The notes below the pieces were generated by a model that did not search any database, was not told the origin of the DNA, and saw only the letters and a list, made by a program, of their open reading frames with translations. The translations under genes and the position numbers were made by a program. From NCBI GenBank assembly GCA_963736345.1, contig CAVTOU010000013.1, positions 246,941-310,940 on the forward strand: a stretch of DNA of 64,000 nucleotides, read 5' to 3'. This DNA comes from an uncultured Pseudomonadota bacterium. Lineage in GTDB: Bacteria > Myxococcota > Myxococcia > Myxococcales > Anaeromyxobacteraceae. This document shows, piece after piece, positions 17,656 through 33,546 of this stretch (positions are counted from its first letter, which is position 1; every line of letters begins with the position of its first letter).

Positions 17656-20046
17656 TTAGTGACGAAGCGTGACGACGGTCACCGCATCGCCACCCTCGTG
17701 ACGATCTCCGGGTCGGAACGCGCCCACATAGGGCGAAGCTGAGAGGTGGTCTCGCAGTGCTTGCTTGAGGGCGCCGGTGCCGTGGCCGTGCAGGATGACC
17801 GCGCTCGGCTCGCCGCCGGCGTAGAGGCCATCCAGGAACCGGTCCACCTCGCGAATCAGCTCCTCGACCCGCAGTCCGCGGACGTCGAGGCGGCGCTCGG
17901 GGACGAACACCGCCCCGGCGCGGGCCGCGTCGGCGGCGGCCAGCTTCTCCCCGCGGGTGCGCGCCAGGGTGGCCTCCCGGGCCCGCCCCACCAGCGGCAC
18001 CAGGTCCGCCAGCGGGCGGCGCACCTTGATGGCGCCGGCGCGGACCAGGGCCTCCTCCGCGTCGACCTCCACCACCTCGCCCTCCTGTCCGAGCGACGCG
18101 ATGCGGACCCGCACCCCGGGGCGGATCTCGACCCCGGGCAGGGCTTCCGCCCCCGCCTCGGCGCGCGCCTGGGTCGAGCGGGCCGCCTGGTCCACGGTGG
18201 CGTGCCAGGCGTCCAGCTGGCGCATGGCCTCGGAGGCCTTGCGGGGCGAGGGCGCCGCCTGGAGCGCGGCCACCAGCTCGGCCACCTGGGCCCGGGCGGC
18301 CTCGATCTCCTCAGCCAGCTCCGCTCCCATCCTGGCGGCGGCCTCGCGCTGGGCGCGGCGGGCGGCCTCCTCGGCGGCCCGGGCCCGCTCCTCGGCCGCC
18401 TGTGCCCGGGCGGCGGATTCCTCGGCGGCGCGCCGCTGGCGCTGGAGCGCGGCCCGCTCGGCGTCGAGCGCATGCAGGGCCTCGCCCAGCGCGCCCCCCT
18501 GGCCGGCCCGGGAGGCGCGGGCGCGCTCCACCACCGCGGCCGGGATGCCGACCCGGGCCGCGACCTCGATGGCGGACGAGCTCCCCGGGGTGCCGAGGTG
18601 GACCTGGTAGGTGGGCACGAGCTTCTCGGCGTCGAAGCCGACCCGGGCGTTGGCGAAGCGCCGGTCCACCAGCGCCAGGGCCTTGAGCTCGTCGAGGTGG
18701 GTGGTGACCAGGACGGTCGCGCCCTTCTCCACCAGGGACTCCAGGATGGCCGCCGCCAGCGCGGCGCCCTCGCGCGGATTGGTGTCGGCGGCGATCTCGT
18801 CGACCAGCACCAGCGAGCCCGGCACCGCCCCCTCCAGCATGTCCTTCACCGAGGTGAGGTGGGCCGTGAAGGTGGAGAGGTCCTTGGCCATGTCGCCGCG
18901 CTCGTCGACGGCCGCGTTCACCTCCAGGTAGAAGGGCAGGCGCGACCCGGCGGCGGCGGGGACCGGCAGCCCGGCCCGCAGCATGAGGGCGGAGACGCCC
19001 ACCGCGGTGATTGCCACCGTCTTGCCGCCGCCGTTCGGGCCGGAGACGATGAGCGCCCGGCTGGGCGGCTCGAGGCGGACGTGGCTGGCCACCACCTTCT
19101 TGCCCTGCAGCACCAGGATGGGATGGCGCAGCGAGAGGAGCTCGAAGCCGCCCGCCGCCGGGGACGCCTCCGGCGCATGCGCGTCGAGGTCCGAGGCCAG
19201 CACCGCCTCGGCCTGGCACAGGTCGAGCTGCGCCAGCGCCTGGAGGTCGCGGGCCAGGGCGCCGCTGCCCGAGGCCAGCGCCTCGGAGAGCTCGCGCAGG
19301 ATGCGCTGCTCCTCCTCGGCCGCCACGGCGCTGGCGATGGAGAGCTCGTTGCCCAGCTCCACCATGGAGTCGGGCTCGACGAAGAGGGTCTGGCCGGACT
19401 GGGAGGCGTTGTGGACGATGCCCGGGACCTGGCTCCGGTCGCTGGCCAGCACCGGCAGCACGTAGCGCTCGTTGCGGATGGTGAAGTAGCGGTCGCGGAG
19501 GTGCCGCTGCATCTCGGCGTCCTCGAGGAGCACCTCCACCTGCGCCTTGAGCGCCCGGTGCAGCCCGCGGCCGCGCTCGCGGGCGGCGGCCAGCGCCGGG
19601 CTGGCCCGATCCGAGATGGCGCCCGAGGGCTCGATGGCGCGCTCGATGCGGTCGGCCAGCCCGGGATCGGCGGTGATGGGCTCGGCCAGGGCCCACAGGC
19701 GTGGGAGCTCGGCGGCGCGGTCCTGCAGGACGGTCCGGGTCCGGGCGGCGGCGCGCGCCAGCGCGGCGCACTCGCGCAGCGCCAGCGGCTCGAGGACGCC
19801 GCCCTTGCCGACCCGGATGAGGTGCTCCTCGACCTCTCCCACCCCCGAGAGCGGAAGGGAAAGCCCTGCCTCCGAGAGAGCCCGCGCCTCCTCGACCCGG
19901 AGGAGCGATTCACGCGCCGCGGCCTCGTCCGGCAGGAAGGGGAGCGAGAGGGCCGCCCGGCGCCCGGCCGGCAAGCGGCAGCGGCTCGACAGCGCCTCGA
20001 GGACGTGGGACCAGCCCAGCTCGCGAAGGGTGTCCGAGGCGCGCAT
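17656..20046 (-). CDS. mutS2: MutS2 family protein with Smr domain
   Basis: GIVHNASQSGQTLFVEP, SGPNGGGKT, LSTFTAH, LVDE...T.P.EG, TTH, coiled coil, LDVRG...ILHGHGTGAL. Confidence 0.93.
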   Translation of the reverse strand: MRASDTLRELGWSHVLEALSSRCRLPAGRRAALSLPFLPDEAAARESLLRVEEARALSEAGLSLPLSGVGEVEEHLIRVGKGGVLEPLALRECAALARAAARTRTVLQDRAAELPRLWALAEPITADPGLADRIERAIEPSGAISDRASPALAAARERGRGLHRALKAQVEVLLEDAEMQRHLRDRYFTIRNERYVLPVLASDRSQVPGIVHNASQSGQTLFVEPDSMVELGNELSIASAVAAEEEQRILRELSEALASGSGALARDLQALAQLDLCQAEAVLASDLDAHAPEASPAAGGFELLSLRHPILVLQGKKVVASHVRLEPPSRALIVSGPNGGGKTVAITAVGVSALMLRAGLPVPAAAGSRLPFYLEVNAAVDERGDMAKDLSTFTAHLTSVKDMLEGAVPGSLVLVDEIAADTNPREGAALAAAILESLVEKGATVLVTTHLDELKALALVDRRFANARVGFDAEKLVPTYQVHLGTPGSSSAIEVAARVGIPAAVVERARASRAGQGGALGEALHALDAERAALQRQRRAAEESAARAQAAEERARAAEEAARRAQREAAARMGAELAEEIEAARAQVAELVAALQAAPSPRKASEAMRQLDAWHATVDQAARSTQARAEAGAEALPGVEIRPGVRVRIASLGQEGEVVEVDAEEALVRAGAIKVRRPLADLVPLVGRAREATLARTRGEKLAAADAARAGAVFVPERRLDVRGLRVEELIREVDRFLDGLYAGGEPSAVILHGHGTGALKQALRDHLSASPYVGAFRPGDRHEGGDAVTVVTLRH

Positions 20047-20359
20047 GCCGGCGACTCGATACCCGTTCTCGGGCCGCAGCGCCAGAGGAGAAGGACGCTC
20101 CCAGCGGCCCGCACCAGGGGCGGCGACAGGGTGGGGGTCCTGCGCGGAGCGCGGGGGAGGGGCGGAGCCCCCTCCTCGCTGGGTGCCGCGCAAGCCCGCC
20201 TTCCGCAGTTGGCTCGACGGGCGGGCGCAGCGCGGCGGGACCCAGCGTGGCAGGGGTGGGGCCCCAGGAGCTTTGCTCCTGGGGCGGGGGCGCAGCCCCC
20301 GCGTGACGGCCGCTTGGCCGTCCGGACCGGGTGCCTACATTGCGCTGCGGAGGACCATC

Positions 20360-20641
20360 GTGCAGCAGCACCCCGGCACACAGTTCGCGCGCGGCCACCT
20401 CCGGCTGGCCAGCGCACCGGTCCGCCACGGCCCCGGCCGACGCCTGGGGAGGCACGTGCGGGCCTGGCTGACGCTTCTCGCCGCCTTCCTGGCCACGCTG
20501 GCGGCCTGGTTCATGGCCGCCCTGGCGCTCCTGCCCCTTCTCGTCCGGCGCGCACCGGTGGGGCGCAGGCTTCGCCAGCGCCCGCCGCGGGAGGCGCGGA
20601 TCATCCCGTTCCAGCCCAGGCGGCGTGCCTTGCCGCGCTGA
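20360..20641 (+). CDS. Small membrane protein (93 aa)
   Basis: GGAGG RBS then GTG at 20360. One TM helix (AWLTLLAAFLATLAAWFMAALALLPLLV) and a C-terminal ARIIPF motif. Confidence 0.6.
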   Translation: MQQHPGTQFARGHLRLASAPVRHGPGRRLGRHVRAWLTLLAAFLATLAAWFMAALALLPLLVRRAPVGRRLRQRPPREARIIPFQPRRRALPR

Positions 20642-20649
20642 GCGTCGCC

Positions 20650-21807
20650 GTGCGGATCGGCATCGTCACGGAGGAGTACTGGCCGTCGGCGGGGCCGGTC
20701 GCGGAGCAGGTCCAGCAGTTCGCGCGCGAGGCCCGGCGGCTCGGGCACGCGGTCAGGGTGTTCACCGGGGCCATCCCCGAGTTGCGCAGGGGGGCGCCGC
20801 GCCGGTCCCGCTGGCGCGGCTCGCCCTCCTCCCGGTCCGAGCTCCGTCCCTCCCTGCTGGAGGGCGACGTCATCCGCCTGGCGCGCAGCCGCAGGCTGCT
20901 CCTTCCCGGCGGGGCGCGCCGCATGGCGGGCGGGTTCGGGGTGGGGACGGCGCTGCGCAACGCCCTGGCGGGCGAGCGCCTCGACGTGGTCCACGTGCAC
21001 GCGCCCCTCTCACCGGTGCTGCCGCTGCTGGCCCTCCACCACGCCACCGGACCGGTGGTGGGCACCTTTCACCATCCGTACCGTCCGGGCTTCCTGGGCC
21101 GCCTGTTCGATCGCCGCCTGCAGCGCTACCTGGATCGCCTCGAGGCGGTGGTGGTCACCTCGCGCGCCGGCCTGGCCAGCCTGCCGGAGCGGGTCCGCGG
21201 CGATCTGCGGGTGATCCCGCCGGGCGTGGACGTGGAGCGGCTGGCGCGCGGCTGCCGCATCCGCCGCTACCAGGACGGAAGGCTGAACGTGCTCTTCGCC
21301 GGCGCCCTCGAGCCGGGGTGCGGTCTGGACGTGCTCCTGCCGGCGGTTCACCGGGCCTGGTGCCACGCCGAGGTCCGCCTGCTGGTCGTGGGCGACGGGC
21401 CGCTCCGGGCGCGCTACCGGGCCCAGGTGCCCCGCGGGATGGAGGAGGACGTCGTGTTCGCGAATCCGCCCGCCGAGTCGCGGCCGGACTGGTTCGCCAG
21501 CGCCGACGTGTGCTGCGTCCCGGGGGCGGCCCAGGACCAGGTGCTGGAGGCCATGGCCGCCGGCCGGCCGGTGCTGGCGGCCGACGTCGAGCCCAACCGC
21601 GAGCTGGTGCGGCACGGACGCGAGGGCGAGCTGCTGCCGCCCGGGGACGCGGGCGTCTGGGCGCGCTGCCTGGTGCGCATGGCGCAGGAGCCCATCCGCG
21701 GGGCCGCCTACGGCGAGCGAGGGCGGGCGGCCGCCCAGCGCTACGGCTGGCCGGGGATGGCGAGGGAGATCCTCAACCTGTATCGAGCGATCGGGGTGAG
21801 GGGGTAG
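20650..21807 (+). CDS. Glycosyltransferase family 4 (PimA-like), degenerate motifs
   Basis: MRIGIVTEEYWP, DVVHVHAP, VGTFH, VIPPGVD, LLVVGDGPLR, LEAMAAGRPVLAAD. GTG start at 20650. Confidence 0.8.
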   Translation: MRIGIVTEEYWPSAGPVAEQVQQFAREARRLGHAVRVFTGAIPELRRGAPRRSRWRGSPSSRSELRPSLLEGDVIRLARSRRLLLPGGARRMAGGFGVGTALRNALAGERLDVVHVHAPLSPVLPLLALHHATGPVVGTFHHPYRPGFLGRLFDRRLQRYLDRLEAVVVTSRAGLASLPERVRGDLRVIPPGVDVERLARGCRIRRYQDGRLNVLFAGALEPGCGLDVLLPAVHRAWCHAEVRLLVVGDGPLRARYRAQVPRGMEEDVVFANPPAESRPDWFASADVCCVPGAAQDQVLEAMAAGRPVLAADVEPNRELVRHGREGELLPPGDAGVWARCLVRMAQEPIRGAAYGERGRAAAQRYGWPGMAREILNLYRAIGVRG

Positions 21808-21809
21808 TC

Positions 21810-21983
21810 AACCCGAACCCAAACCCGTGCCTGAACCCGGAGCCCGCCACCCGTGATCAGAGTCCCGTGTCCCCTGGCCCCTGGCCCCTGATCCGGGAGC
21901 ACGGGCCACGGGCCTGGGGACTCGGGACGCGGGCGACGGGTCAAGGATGACGGGTTCAGGTTCGGGTTCGGGTTCGGGTTCGG
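21810..21983. repeat. Nested inverted repeat element: outer hexamer arrays, inner heptamer arrays
   Basis: Outer (AACCCG-like)n ... (CGGGTT-like)n. Inner (CCCCTGG/CCCGTGT)n ... (CCACGGG/CCTGGGG)n. Lies between convergent genes. Confidence 0.8.
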
Positions 21984-21992
21984 GGAGCGCCG

Positions 21993-23546
21993 CTACTCCA
22001 CCCTGTACACCCGCGCCGTCAGGTTCACGACGTACCGCGGGTTCATGCGCGTGAGCAGCCGATCCACCAGGCTCGGCTCGAACACGCCCAGCAGCTCCAG
22101 CCGCGGGAAGAGCGCGCGCAGGCGCGCCTGGCGTCCCTCGAGATCCTCGTCGCCCTCGATGATCGCGTAGTTGGGGCGCGGGCCCGACGCCAGCGCCTCC
22201 TCGAGGTCGGGCGGGGCGGTGCCCGGGACGATCAGAACCACCGGCGCCCGCCGGCCCAGGTAGAAGCGAGGGACGTAGGGCGGACCGCCCTGGCTCTTGT
22301 CGACCAGCAGCGCCCGGACGTCCCCGCGCGCCCGCAGGAACGCGAGGGGGGTCACCAGGGCGCGCTTGGAGAAATCGGTGGTGAACAGCGCCAGCAGCAC
22401 CAGGTTCACCGCCCAGAACCAGACCCACAGGCCGCGCCACGCCCGGGGCAGCCGGCGGAAGGCCGCCCAGGCCTCCGGCAGCGAAGCTGCACCGACCGCC
22501 CCGAGCACGAGGAGCGCCGGAAGGACCGGCAGCAGGAACCGCTCCTGCTTGCCCGGGTAGGCGGAGTGCAGGACCAGGAACGCCAGGACGGGCCAGAAGA
22601 TCCGCGGCGCGCTGCGGGCCGTGCGCAGGAACCCCCACAGGAGCACCAGGCTGGTCGGCGGGATGAGCAGGCCCGCCAGCGTCCCCAGGTACTGGTGCCA
22701 GGGCCCGCGGGGGAACTGGGCGATGTTGGCCGGATCGGAGTTGAAGGCGAGGTAGGCCAGGACGGAGGAGAACGGGCGCCCGTACCCGATCCAGTCGCTG
22801 CCGCCCTGCAGCACGGCGGCCGAGATGGCGAAGCCTCCGGCCAGCGCCAGCGCCTCACGGGGGCGCCGCTGCAAGAGCAGGACCGCGCCCAGCGCGGCCG
22901 GCACGACGGCCGTCTGGAACCGGAGCGCGAAGGCGAGGCCGAACCAGAGGCCGGCGCGGAACAGCTCGCCGGGCCGCGGCCGCCCGGGGTCGCGCACCGC
23001 GAGCCACAGGCCGGCCAGGAGCGGCGGCTGGCACACCACCTCGGCCAGGTCGCGCACCGCCGTGAACGGCGCCAGCCAGAACCCCGCCAGCAGCAGGCCG
23101 GCCCATCGCGCACCCCGCGGGCCCGTCAGCGCCTGCGCCAGCCGCACCCCGTAGCTCACCCCCACCAGCGACCAGGCCGCGTGCAGCAGCCGGACCACCA
23201 GCATCCGCGCCTGAGGGTCGTCGATGCCGATTCCCTCCAGGAGCCGGAACACCAGCCAGTGGAGGCCTGGATAGAGCAGGCTGCGCCAGGACCCGGTCTG
23301 GCCCAGCCAGTCGCGGGCGCCCTCGAGCCATCCCTGGGCGATCTCCACCACCTCGAAGTGGTCGTCGTGGAAGGCGAACCCGGGGGAGGCGAGCGCCGCG
23401 ATGACCCGCAGCAGACCTCCCAGCGCCAGGGCGGCCGCGAGCGGATGCGCCTCCCAGGCCCGGGCCAGCCGCGCGGCCGCGGAAGGGGCGGGGACGGCCG
23501 GCGCGGCCGGGGCGCCGTCGAGGGTGGGTGACAGGTCGTTTGCCAC
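21993..23546 (-). CDS. GT-C membrane glycosyltransferase (Alg9/PIG-B-like mannosyltransferase)
   Basis: Multi-TM. HDDHFEVVEIA, WRSLLYPGL, ALRFQT, HSAYPGKQERFLLP match GT22-like motifs. Confidence 0.75.
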   Translation of the reverse strand: MANDLSPTLDGAPAAPAVPAPSAAARLARAWEAHPLAAALALGGLLRVIAALASPGFAFHDDHFEVVEIAQGWLEGARDWLGQTGSWRSLLYPGLHWLVFRLLEGIGIDDPQARMLVVRLLHAAWSLVGVSYGVRLAQALTGPRGARWAGLLLAGFWLAPFTAVRDLAEVVCQPPLLAGLWLAVRDPGRPRPGELFRAGLWFGLAFALRFQTAVVPAALGAVLLLQRRPREALALAGGFAISAAVLQGGSDWIGYGRPFSSVLAYLAFNSDPANIAQFPRGPWHQYLGTLAGLLIPPTSLVLLWGFLRTARSAPRIFWPVLAFLVLHSAYPGKQERFLLPVLPALLVLGAVGAASLPEAWAAFRRLPRAWRGLWVWFWAVNLVLLALFTTDFSKRALVTPLAFLRARGDVRALLVDKSQGGPPYVPRFYLGRRAPVVLIVPGTAPPDLEEALASGPRPNYAIIEGDEDLEGRQARLRALFPRLELLGVFEPSLVDRLLTRMNPRYVVNLTARVYRVE

Positions 23547-23702
23547 GGCCGGATCCTGCGACGTGCGCCTTCCCGTGCGGGAAGCCAGGAGGGGGCGGGG
23601 TCCGGGGGCCGAGCCTCACCCGGTCCCCGGCGATTTCGCCGTCGCGGATCGGCCCCATCGAGACGTGCGCCGGCGGCCCGGCGCCCGGTACCAGGCGATC
23701 GC

Positions 23703-24077
23703 ATGAAGCGCGTGCTGCCGCTGGCCATGGCGGTGCTGGGCGGGGCGCTGCTGTCGGGGGCGAGCCCGGCCCGATCCGCCGCGCCGGCGGCGGACTGCGC
23801 CGCGCTCCGCCAGGCCTACGCCGCGGCGCTGGAGGCGGCGCAGGCCTGCCAGCCGGAGGCGAAGGCGCAGTGCCAGGCCGTCCGTCCGCGCGCTCCGGAC
23901 GACCCCTGCCATTGCCAGGCGTCGGTGAACGAGGCGCGCGCGTCCGAGCTGGACGTGCTCCTGGAGCGCTACCGCGAGCGGTCCTGCCCGTCGGCGGCCG
24001 GCCCGTGCAACCGGCGCTGCCTGACGCCAGCGGCGCGCTGCCTGGCCCGGCCGGGCGCAGGGGCGCGCTGCGGTTGA
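23703..24077 (+). CDS. Secreted cysteine-rich small protein
   Basis: Signal peptide [17 protein letters not shown]; 10 Cys in about 95 mature residues. Confidence 0.65.
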   Translation: MKRVLPLAMAVLGGALLSGASPARSAAPAADCAALRQAYAAALEAAQACQPEAKAQCQAVRPRAPDDPCHCQASVNEARASELDVLLERYRERSCPSAAGPCNRRCLTPAARCLARPGAGARCG

Positions 24078-24099
24078 GAGCCCGGTCCAGGCCGCGCGC

Positions 24100-29633
<5,534 letters not shown>

Positions 29634-29777
29634 GGGGAGAGACCTCCGCCGCGTGGAGGCGGCCAAGATGGTCCCTGGCGGGCAGGTTTTCCAGCGGCCG
29701 CCCCAAAGACGGCGGGTGATTGCCGCCCCCATCGGGCGATGGGGGTCGAGCGCCACCGACCATACCCTGCGCCACGG

Positions 29778-31886
29778 ATGTTGCCCCCCGCCCAGCTGCC
29801 GGACGGTGGTGCTCCCGGCCCCGAGCCGGGGGGTGCGCCGGCGGCGATCCCGGCGGCCCGGATCCTGGTGGCCGACGATCGCCAGGACAGCCTGCTCGCC
29901 ATCGAGTCGGTGCTGCGCAGTCGCGACTACGAGCTGGTGCTGGCCACCTCGGGCGCCGAGGCGCTGCGCTATCTCCTGCACCACGACTGCGCCCTGCTCC
30001 TGCTCGACGTGCAGATGCCGGACCTGGACGGCTTCGAGACGGCCCGGCTGGTACGCGGGAACCCCCGCACCCGGTCGATCCCCATCATCTTCATGACCGG
30101 GGTGAACCGCGAGCAGCGGTTCGTGGCCCTGGGCTACGGCGCCGGGGCCATCGACTACATCCTGAAGCCGGTCGATCCCGACGTGCTCCGGGCCAAGGTG
30201 GCGGGGTTCGTCCAGCTCCACCGCGACCGCCAGGAGGCGCTCCACCACGCCGCGCAGCTGCGGGACCGGGAGCGGGCCGAACGCCTGGCCGCCATCGAGC
30301 AGCTCGAGTACCGGTCGCTGCGACGCCAGCGCGCCGCCAGCGAGCGCTACCGCCGGCTGATGGACGGGATCAGCCACGCGGTGGTGTGGAGCCTCGATCC
30401 CGAGACGCTCACCTGTACGCTGGTGAGCCGGAGCAGCGAGGCCATCCTCGGGCAGCCGATCGAGGCCTGGCTGCGCGATCCCACCGCCTGGCAGGAGCTG
30501 CTGCCGCCCTCGGACCGCGAGCGCTTCCTGTCGGCGGTGTGGGCCGCGCGGGACGGGACCGCGGTGACGGTGGATCACGGATTCCTGCGGATCGACGGCT
30601 TCATCGCCCGCTTCCGGACCGAGCTTCGTTACCTGCCCGCCGATGACGAGGGGCAGGCCGAGCTTCGCGCCTTCTCGGTGGACGTGACCGAGGCGCAGGA
30701 GGCGGAGGAGGTGCTCGCCTTCCTGGCCCACGCCGGCCTGGAGCTGTCCGGCTCGCTGGACCTGGAGGCCACGGCCTGCCGCGCCGCCTCGCTGGCGGTC
30801 CCGTTCCTGGCCGACGCCTGCGCCGTGACCGTCTGGCTCGGCGAGCGGGAGATCCGCGCCGTGGCGCCCGAGCCGACGGGTCCCGCCCAGCCCCCGGCCG
30901 GTGCCGGGGCGGGCGAACCCGCCGCCGACGGGGAGGATTCGGCGGAGTGCCTCCTGCCGGTGACGCTGCGGCTGCGGGGTCGCGACCTGGGCTGGATGCG
31001 CTTCTCCCGGAAGCGGCCTTTCACCCCGCGCGAGAAGCGGACCGCGCTGGAGCTCGCCGAGCGGGCCAGCCAGTCGCTGGAGAACGCCATCCTCTACCGC
31101 AAGGCGCAGGAGGCGGTCCGCCTGCGAGACGAGTTCATCTCGGTGGCCTCGCACGAGCTGCGCGCCCCGCTGACGGCGCTCACCCTGCAGGTCCGCCTGT
31201 CCCAGCGGGCCGCGGCCGCCGACCCGGCGGTGGCGACGGGGACGCTGCCAGCGCGCATCTCCAGCCTGTCGCGGCAGGTGGATCGCCTCAACCGGCTGGT
31301 GGCCAACCTGCTGGACGTGACCCGGATGCGCGTCGGCCGGATGGAGCTGTCGCCGGAGCCGCTCGATCTGGTGGAGCTGGTCACCGAGGTGGCGGGGCAC
31401 TTCCAGGAGGAGGTGGCGCGCCAGGGCCGGCAGCTGGAGGTCAGCGGCCAGGGGCCCATCGAAGGGCGCTGGGATCGCCTCAAGCTGGAGCAGGTCTTCA
31501 CCAACCTGCTCTCCAACGCCGTCCGCTACGGCGCCTCCGGGCCCATCGAGGTCTCGGTGGCCCGCTGCGCCGAGGTGGCGGAGATCGCGGTCCGCGACCG
31601 CGGCCCGGGAATCCGTTCCGAGGACCAGGGTCGGATCTTCGACCGCTACGAGCGGGGCAAGGCCGCGGCCGGCAACGGCGGCCTGGGCCTGGGCCTGTAC
31701 CTGGTCCGGCTGCTGGTCGAGGCGCACGGCGGTTGCGTGCGGCTCGACAGCATGGTCGGCCAGGGGTCGACCTTCACCGTCGCCCTCCCGCTCCAGCCGG
31801 GCGAGTGCGTGCAGCCGCCAGCCGGGGAGCAGCCCACCCCGCGCGACGGGGAAGGGCCGGGGGACGCGCCCTCGCCGGCGCCGTGA
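29778..31886 (+). CDS. Hybrid response regulator / sensor kinase (REC-PAS-GAF-HisKA-HATPase)
   Basis: ILVADD...[14 protein letters not shown]...[42 protein letters not shown]. Start estimated at ATG 29778. Confidence 0.88.
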   Translation: MLPPAQLPDGGAPGPEPGGAPAAIPAARILVADDRQDSLLAIESVLRSRDYELVLATSGAEALRYLLHHDCALLLLDVQMPDLDGFETARLVRGNPRTRSIPIIFMTGVNREQRFVALGYGAGAIDYILKPVDPDVLRAKVAGFVQLHRDRQEALHHAAQLRDRERAERLAAIEQLEYRSLRRQRAASERYRRLMDGISHAVVWSLDPETLTCTLVSRSSEAILGQPIEAWLRDPTAWQELLPPSDRERFLSAVWAARDGTAVTVDHGFLRIDGFIARFRTELRYLPADDEGQAELRAFSVDVTEAQEAEEVLAFLAHAGLELSGSLDLEATACRAASLAVPFLADACAVTVWLGEREIRAVAPEPTGPAQPPAGAGAGEPAADGEDSAECLLPVTLRLRGRDLGWMRFSRKRPFTPREKRTALELAERASQSLENAILYRKAQEAVRLRDEFISVASHELRAPLTALTLQVRLSQRAAAADPAVATGTLPARISSLSRQVDRLNRLVANLLDVTRMRVGRMELSPEPLDLVELVTEVAGHFQEEVARQGRQLEVSGQGPIEGRWDRLKLEQVFTNLLSNAVRYGASGPIEVSVARCAEVAEIAVRDRGPGIRSEDQGRIFDRYERGKAAAGNGGLGLGLYLVRLLVEAHGGCVRLDSMVGQGSTFTVALPLQPGECVQPPAGEQPTPRDGEGPGDAPSPAP

Positions 31887-31938
31887 GCGCCGTGCCTCCG
31901 ATGCGGGCTCTGCCTCCGAGCTCGGAGACGGCCGCGCC

Positions 31939-33042
31939 CTACCTCGCTGCCCGCCGCTTCAGCTTCAGCGCCTTCACGTCCGCGGCGGCGGCGGTGGTGC
32001 CGCGGACGACCAGCTCCGGCTTGACGACCACCCGGGCCGCCCGGCCTGCCCACTCCGAGGGCGGCCGGGTGATGCGGCTCAGGACGGCCTCGGCGGCGAG
32101 CTTCCCCATCGCCTCCAGCGGCTGGCGGATGGTGGAGAGCCCCGGTCCCTGGTACGTCTCGCTCTCGATGTCGTCGAAGCCCAGCACCGACACGTCCTGC
32201 GGCACCCGCAACCCGGCCTCGCTCAGCGCGCGGATGGCGCCCATGGCGCAGACGTCGTTGAAGGCGAAGAGGGCGGTGAAGCTCTCGCCGGTGGCGAGCA
32301 GCCGCTTGGCGGCGTCGTAGCCGCGGAAGGTGGAGGAGGGCTTGCCCTCCGAGACCGGGATGGCCAGGCGCGAGGAGATGGGCAGGCCCATCCGCACCGC
32401 CGCGCCGGTGATCGCATTCCAGCGCACCTCGGTGTCCGGGACGGCCGGGTCTCCCTGAATGAAGGCGATCCGGCGGTGCCCCAGGTCGACCAGGTGGCGC
32501 AGCCCGAGCTCGGCCGCGCTGCGGTGATCGAGCTGGATGCTGGTGACCCCGTTCACGGCGCCGCGGCAGGAGACGGTGGCGACCGGCAGCGGGAGCTGCA
32601 GGCTCCACGGCCCGCACACCACGATGAGGCCGTCGGCGGCGCGGTCGATGAAACGGTAGGCGTAGTCCTCGACCAGATCCTGCCGGAGGTGGTGGCTGGC
32701 CACGAAGTAGAAGTACCCCTCCTTGAGCAGGTACTCCTCGATGCCGCGCAGCACCAGAACGTTGTAGCCCTGGCTGATCTGCGGGACCAGGACACCGACG
32801 GTGTAGCTCCGCCGCGTCCGGAGGCACCGGGCCAGGAAGTTGGGACGGTAGTTCAGCTCCCGGGCCGCCTCGCGGATCCGCTTCTGCGTCTCCGGGGCGA
32901 TGCCGGACGCGGCGCTGCCGTTCATGACCGTCGAGACCGTGGCCGGCGCGAGGCCGAGGTGATTGGCCAGCTGCTTGAGCGTGGGAGATCGCCTCTCGCG
33001 AGGAAGGTCTCGCCGCCCCGGTCCCGCGTTTTTCCGCCTCAT
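31939..33042 (-). CDS. LacI family transcriptional regulator
   Basis: [69 protein letters not shown]. Confidence 0.92.
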   Translation of the reverse strand: MRRKNAGPGRRDLPRERRSPTLKQLANHLGLAPATVSTVMNGSAASGIAPETQKRIREAARELNYRPNFLARCLRTRRSYTVGVLVPQISQGYNVLVLRGIEEYLLKEGYFYFVASHHLRQDLVEDYAYRFIDRAADGLIVVCGPWSLQLPLPVATVSCRGAVNGVTSIQLDHRSAAELGLRHLVDLGHRRIAFIQGDPAVPDTEVRWNAITGAAVRMGLPISSRLAIPVSEGKPSSTFRGYDAAKRLLATGESFTALFAFNDVCAMGAIRALSEAGLRVPQDVSVLGFDDIESETYQGPGLSTIRQPLEAMGKLAAEAVLSRITRPPSEWAGRAARVVVKPELVVRGTTAAAADVKALKLKRRAAR

Positions 33043-33546
33043 GCAACGTTACTGTGGCACGAAGGCGGCGAGCCGGAACAGCGCATTCCTTGGGGCGCAC
33101 ACCGGGTCGCCTGGTCACATCCGGACGAGGGGCGGGGGCCCCGGCCGCCGCGGGTCGGCCGGGACCCGAGGGTGGACCCGCCCGGATGGCGCGGCCCCCG
33201 GGTCTTGCAGCGCACGCTCGCCGGCAGGCCGGCGTCTCGCCTCTCGCGCACCGGGCCGCGGCCGCCCCTCGATCGCGGCGGCGGCTGGCGAGCCCTCGGT
33301 CCGGGGACGAATCGATTCAGGTGCGCGTGCGCGGGATTGCCCCGGCGGGCGGGCCCGGCCGAGGGGGGGCCGCGGTGACCCGGACGACGGCGGCGTCCCG
33401 GCGCGCCCCCCGCGATCATGGCATCCCGATCCCTCTCGCCGCGCCGCGCCGGCCGCTCACCGCGCTCCACGGCAGGGGCCGGCGGCGTCCGGGTCGGGAG
33501 TTCGCCCGCGTCCGGAACCGCGGTACAAGGGGACAGGAGATCCCCC

